A stretch of DNA of 64,000 bases from an uncultured Muribaculaceae bacterium (GTDB lineage Bacteria; Bacteroidota; Bacteroidia; Bacteroidales; UBA932), in the NCBI GenBank assembly GCA_964512295.1, contig CAZEGL010000004.1:30068-94067 (forward strand), in the 5' to 3' direction. Under the pieces are notes generated by a model. That model ran no database searches, was not told where the DNA came from, and saw only the letters and a list, made by a program, of their open reading frames with translations. The position numbers and the translations under genes were made by a program. This document shows positions 61,032 through 64,000 of this stretch, in pieces (positions within the stretch are counted from its first letter, which is position 1; every line of letters starts with the position of its first letter).

Positions 61032-62561
61032 ATGAAAAGATATAGTTTAACAACTTTACTATCAATTGTATTGATAGTAATTTTAGGAAGTTGTGAGAAG
61101 AGTTTCAAAGAGAAATTTCTCTTTACCAACTTTATGATTGAGTTTGACGATGCTACTTGGGAGACTCCGGCAGCCGGCAAAACTTATCCCATCCTTGGTC
61201 CATATAGCAAGGGAAGCGGTATCTATACATTTAAGGTAAACCTCCTTGGAGAACAAAGAAATAGTGCAACAACAGCACATTATAGGGTGGTTGAAGAGGA
61301 GAGTACAGCCCAAGAGGGAGTTCATTTTGCTCTTGCAGACAATGGAGAATTTACCATTGATGCCAACAGTAGCAATGGAGAGATCACTATTGAAATTTTA
61401 GATTTTGCTTCGGCCTCTGGGACTCTTACTGCGGTATTGGAGTTAGTAGAGAGTGACGATGTAGAGGTAAGTAATAATTATAAGCGAATTGGAATAAGTA
61501 TCTCTCAGGTAGGGCCACCCCATACCGGATCTCCCCTACACTTACAGTTAGGCCCCGATGCTGAATATAATAGTCTCTATTTCGATAGGTTTAATCCTGC
61601 TATGCCAAACGATATTGTAAATAGAATAGACCAAGTTATTTCAAATTTTGCAGCTTTTGGCGATGGAAGCCGTTACTATCAAACTCTACACCTATATTTT
61701 GCAGAAGATAATTTGGTGACTTTTGTTGCTATTTATAAAGGGGGGGGAGGAACATCCCTTGCTACCAATCCAAGTGCAACCTGGACATACGAATTTATTC
61801 CCAATCAAGATGGTATAGGAACTTTCTCTTTTGTTGATGCAAATGCCAATGGAAATAATTTAAAGGGTGTATTTGCCCCACTTTTGGAAGAGTATATAGA
61901 AAATTACCAGTTTAAATTAGATTGGGTTAATACCTCAATTGCTACACCACCCAGGCCGGGTGATTACTTAGGAGGACTCTTTAGAGTTGACGACCCTACC
62001 TCATTTATCATTGGTACTTTAGATAAACTTACAACTGGATCTACAGTTATACCATATCCACAATCACCGGTTATTTACGATATTTTGGATATGGGTAACG
62101 AGGAGTTATACTCTACAATATTTATAGACCCGGATGATGCTTCACAATCTCCAATTTTTACTACTAAATGGAATGAAGGAAAAACCTATGTACAAGGCTT
62201 AGCAGGTAGAGTATTACACAAAATGATGTTCTACTTTAATTTAGACTTCAACTTGCAGGATATTCAGATTGTACTGTACTACTATAGTTCTGCCAATGGG
62301 AAGTTTCTTGGACAATTGCGCTTTAGCTTCTATATAGATTTCGATGGTGTTATGCATCCCTTACGCTTTATATTTGCCAATGGAAATGGTGCAGCTGTTA
62401 GACCACCACAATTTTTAGATGATTTCCTAATGCAAAAGAGCTTTAAATTGACCCGCACAGGAGATAAAGTGAAGTTTACAGATCAGAGCGATCCCTCTAT
62501 CTACTTTGAAGGAACGCTTGGAAATCTGCCAATAGGAACAGCACTCTTTTTTCCACAATAG
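61032..62561 (+). CDS. Surface lipoprotein (Ig/Calx-beta-like N-domain plus unknown domains), putative ligand-binding protein
   Basis: Lipobox LGSC; STAQEGVHF motif; position directly after susD. Confidence 0.65.
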   Translation: MKRYSLTTLLSIVLIVILGSCEKSFKEKFLFTNFMIEFDDATWETPAAGKTYPILGPYSKGSGIYTFKVNLLGEQRNSATTAHYRVVEEESTAQEGVHFALADNGEFTIDANSSNGEITIEILDFASASGTLTAVLELVESDDVEVSNNYKRIGISISQVGPPHTGSPLHLQLGPDAEYNSLYFDRFNPAMPNDIVNRIDQVISNFAAFGDGSRYYQTLHLYFAEDNLVTFVAIYKGGGGTSLATNPSATWTYEFIPNQDGIGTFSFVDANANGNNLKGVFAPLLEEYIENYQFKLDWVNTSIATPPRPGDYLGGLFRVDDPTSFIIGTLDKLTTGSTVIPYPQSPVIYDILDMGNEELYSTIFIDPDDASQSPIFTTKWNEGKTYVQGLAGRVLHKMMFYFNLDFNLQDIQIVLYYYSSANGKFLGQLRFSFYIDFDGVMHPLRFIFANGNGAAVRPPQFLDDFLMQKSFKLTRTGDKVKFTDQSDPSIYFEGTLGNLPIGTALFFPQ

Positions 62562-62596
62562 AAAAATTTAATAATAGAATAAATGAACAATAAGGG

Positions 62597-63751
62597 ATGA
62601 AGAATTTACCTTACCTAAAATACCCATTTCTTTTAATAACTGTTGTTGCGCTATCTATTCTTAGTTGCGGCGGTAAAGATAATCCCCCTCCCGCTCCTCC
62701 TGTTGATCCACCGGAGGAGCCACAAACGGGGGTTGTAGACGAATTGGTTTACCAATTTATGGGAAAAAATCAAGTACCTGGAATCACTTTGGCTGTAGCT
62801 AAAGATGGTAAACTAATTTATACAAAAGCTTATGGCTTTGCAGATTCAGAGAGTGGAGAACGGATGACCACCGATACCCGTTCAAGAATCTCCAGTATCT
62901 CTAAAACTGTTACCTCTATTGCAATTATGACAATGTTAGAGGAGGGGTTACTCACTTTAGACGATAAAATCTTTGGTCCAGGTGCCATTTTAGAAGATGA
63001 TTTTGGTACAGTAAGACCCTACAGACAATATATAACAGATCTAACCGTAAAACACTGCCTTTCGCACCATGTTGGAGGTTGGGGTAATGCCAGCAACGAT
63101 CCCACTATGATGAAAAATGAGCTTAATAATAGAGATCTTATCTCGTATATTATTGATAATGTAGCTTTAGATTCAAAACCGGGATTAAGTTATACATACT
63201 CCAATGTAGGTTTTATGATATTGGGTAGGGTTATAGAAAAGATAAGCGGAAAGAGCTATGAAGAGTATGTAAGAGATAAAATTCTCATCCCTATTGGTAT
63301 AACAGATATGGTAATTGGGGGTAATACATTGGCCGACAGAAAAGAGAACGAGTCCAGATATCACAATCCAACTGCATATACCAGAAACTTCTCTAGACGC
63401 GACGCCAATGGAGGGTGGATAGCAACTGCCTCCGATATGGCTAAGCTTTTTGTAAGAATAGATGGCAATAGTTATGTACCCGATATTCTAAGTAGTGCTA
63501 CGCTACAAACTATGACCACTCCCCCGTTCAGCTATAATGGTTACGCCTTAGGCCTTACTGTTAGTGGAAGTACTTGGAGCCATGGGGGATCGTTTAATGG
63601 AAGCAATAGTCAATGGATTCGCACAGGCTCCGGCTTTGTGGCTGTAATATTATTTAATGGCGATTGTAGCAATTATAAAAAACTTTTGGAAGATATTATA
63701 GCTGCTCCAATAACTTGGCCAAACCACGATTTATTTACTAAGTTTGAGTAA
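62597..63751 (+). CDS. Serine hydrolase lipoprotein (beta-lactamase/D-peptidase family)
   Basis: Lipobox LSC, Pro-rich linker, SISK, YSN, HGG. Confidence 0.88.
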   Translation: MKNLPYLKYPFLLITVVALSILSCGGKDNPPPAPPVDPPEEPQTGVVDELVYQFMGKNQVPGITLAVAKDGKLIYTKAYGFADSESGERMTTDTRSRISSISKTVTSIAIMTMLEEGLLTLDDKIFGPGAILEDDFGTVRPYRQYITDLTVKHCLSHHVGGWGNASNDPTMMKNELNNRDLISYIIDNVALDSKPGLSYTYSNVGFMILGRVIEKISGKSYEEYVRDKILIPIGITDMVIGGNTLADRKENESRYHNPTAYTRNFSRRDANGGWIATASDMAKLFVRIDGNSYVPDILSSATLQTMTTPPFSYNGYALGLTVSGSTWSHGGSFNGSNSQWIRTGSGFVAVILFNGDCSNYKKLLEDIIAAPITWPNHDLFTKFE

Positions 63752-63786
63752 AAGAACATTTTAGAAACACAATACCTATCTGAATT

Positions 63787-64000
63787 ATGAGTAACCTATC
63801 AAGACGAAATTTTTTAAAATCGACAGCAGCACTTGCAGCAACCGGAGCATTAATAGGGCCTTTGGCTGCCTGTAAAAACTTCAATGTCAACACCAAATCT
63901 GGCCACAGTAAAGTTATGAAGATGAGAGTATCATCTCAAGAGTTGGAGTTGAAACACACCTTTAATATTACCGGCTTTTCGCGCGATGTAGCCTATGCTA
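63787..64000 (+). CDS. Tat-exported probable L-Ala-D/L-Glu (dipeptide) epimerase, 3' truncated by window edge
   Basis: MSNLSRRNFLKSTAALAA twin-arginine signal, then MKMRV...ELELKHTFNITGFSR, resembling the N-terminus of enolase-superfamily dipeptide epimerases. Confidence 0.6.
   Translation, partial: MSNLSRRNFLKSTAALAATGALIGPLAACKNFNVNTKSGHSKVMKMRVSSQELELKHTFNITGFSRDVAYA

Overview
This 64-kb window is chromosomal DNA from a Bacteroidales-type bacterium (TAnnTTTG promoters, SusC/SusD, type V pilins, FecR/ECF pair). Most of it is housekeeping: pepP, lpxK, dusB, rplM-rpsI-rpsB-tsf, waaA, mlaEF, dut, murF, uvrA, panCD, leuACDB, radA, trpB2, prmC. The most interesting signals are not in the ORF track. 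(1) An FMN riboswitch sits directly on the start codon of a stand-alone TonB-dependent receptor, a candidate outer-membrane flavin importer. (2) A WWW tryptophan attenuator controls a stand-alone TrpB2. (3) A Leu-rich attenuator precedes leuA. (4) In a three-gene type V pilus locus every gene is damaged: one is fused to a RecQ helicase N-terminus and two are frameshifted, and the tip pilin has DGR-target-like C-terminal motifs. (5) An ECF/FecR/SusC/SusD locus carries a D-peptidase-like lipoprotein and a Tat-exported Ala-Glu epimerase-like gene and no visible glycosidase, suggesting muropeptide/D-peptide scavenging. (6) A 290-bp intergenic scar holds a gene remnant, a solitary CRISPR-like repeat and palindromes. 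No tRNA, rRNA, transposase, integrase, reverse transcriptase or CRISPR array was seen. All family calls come from motifs read by eye; no database search was run.
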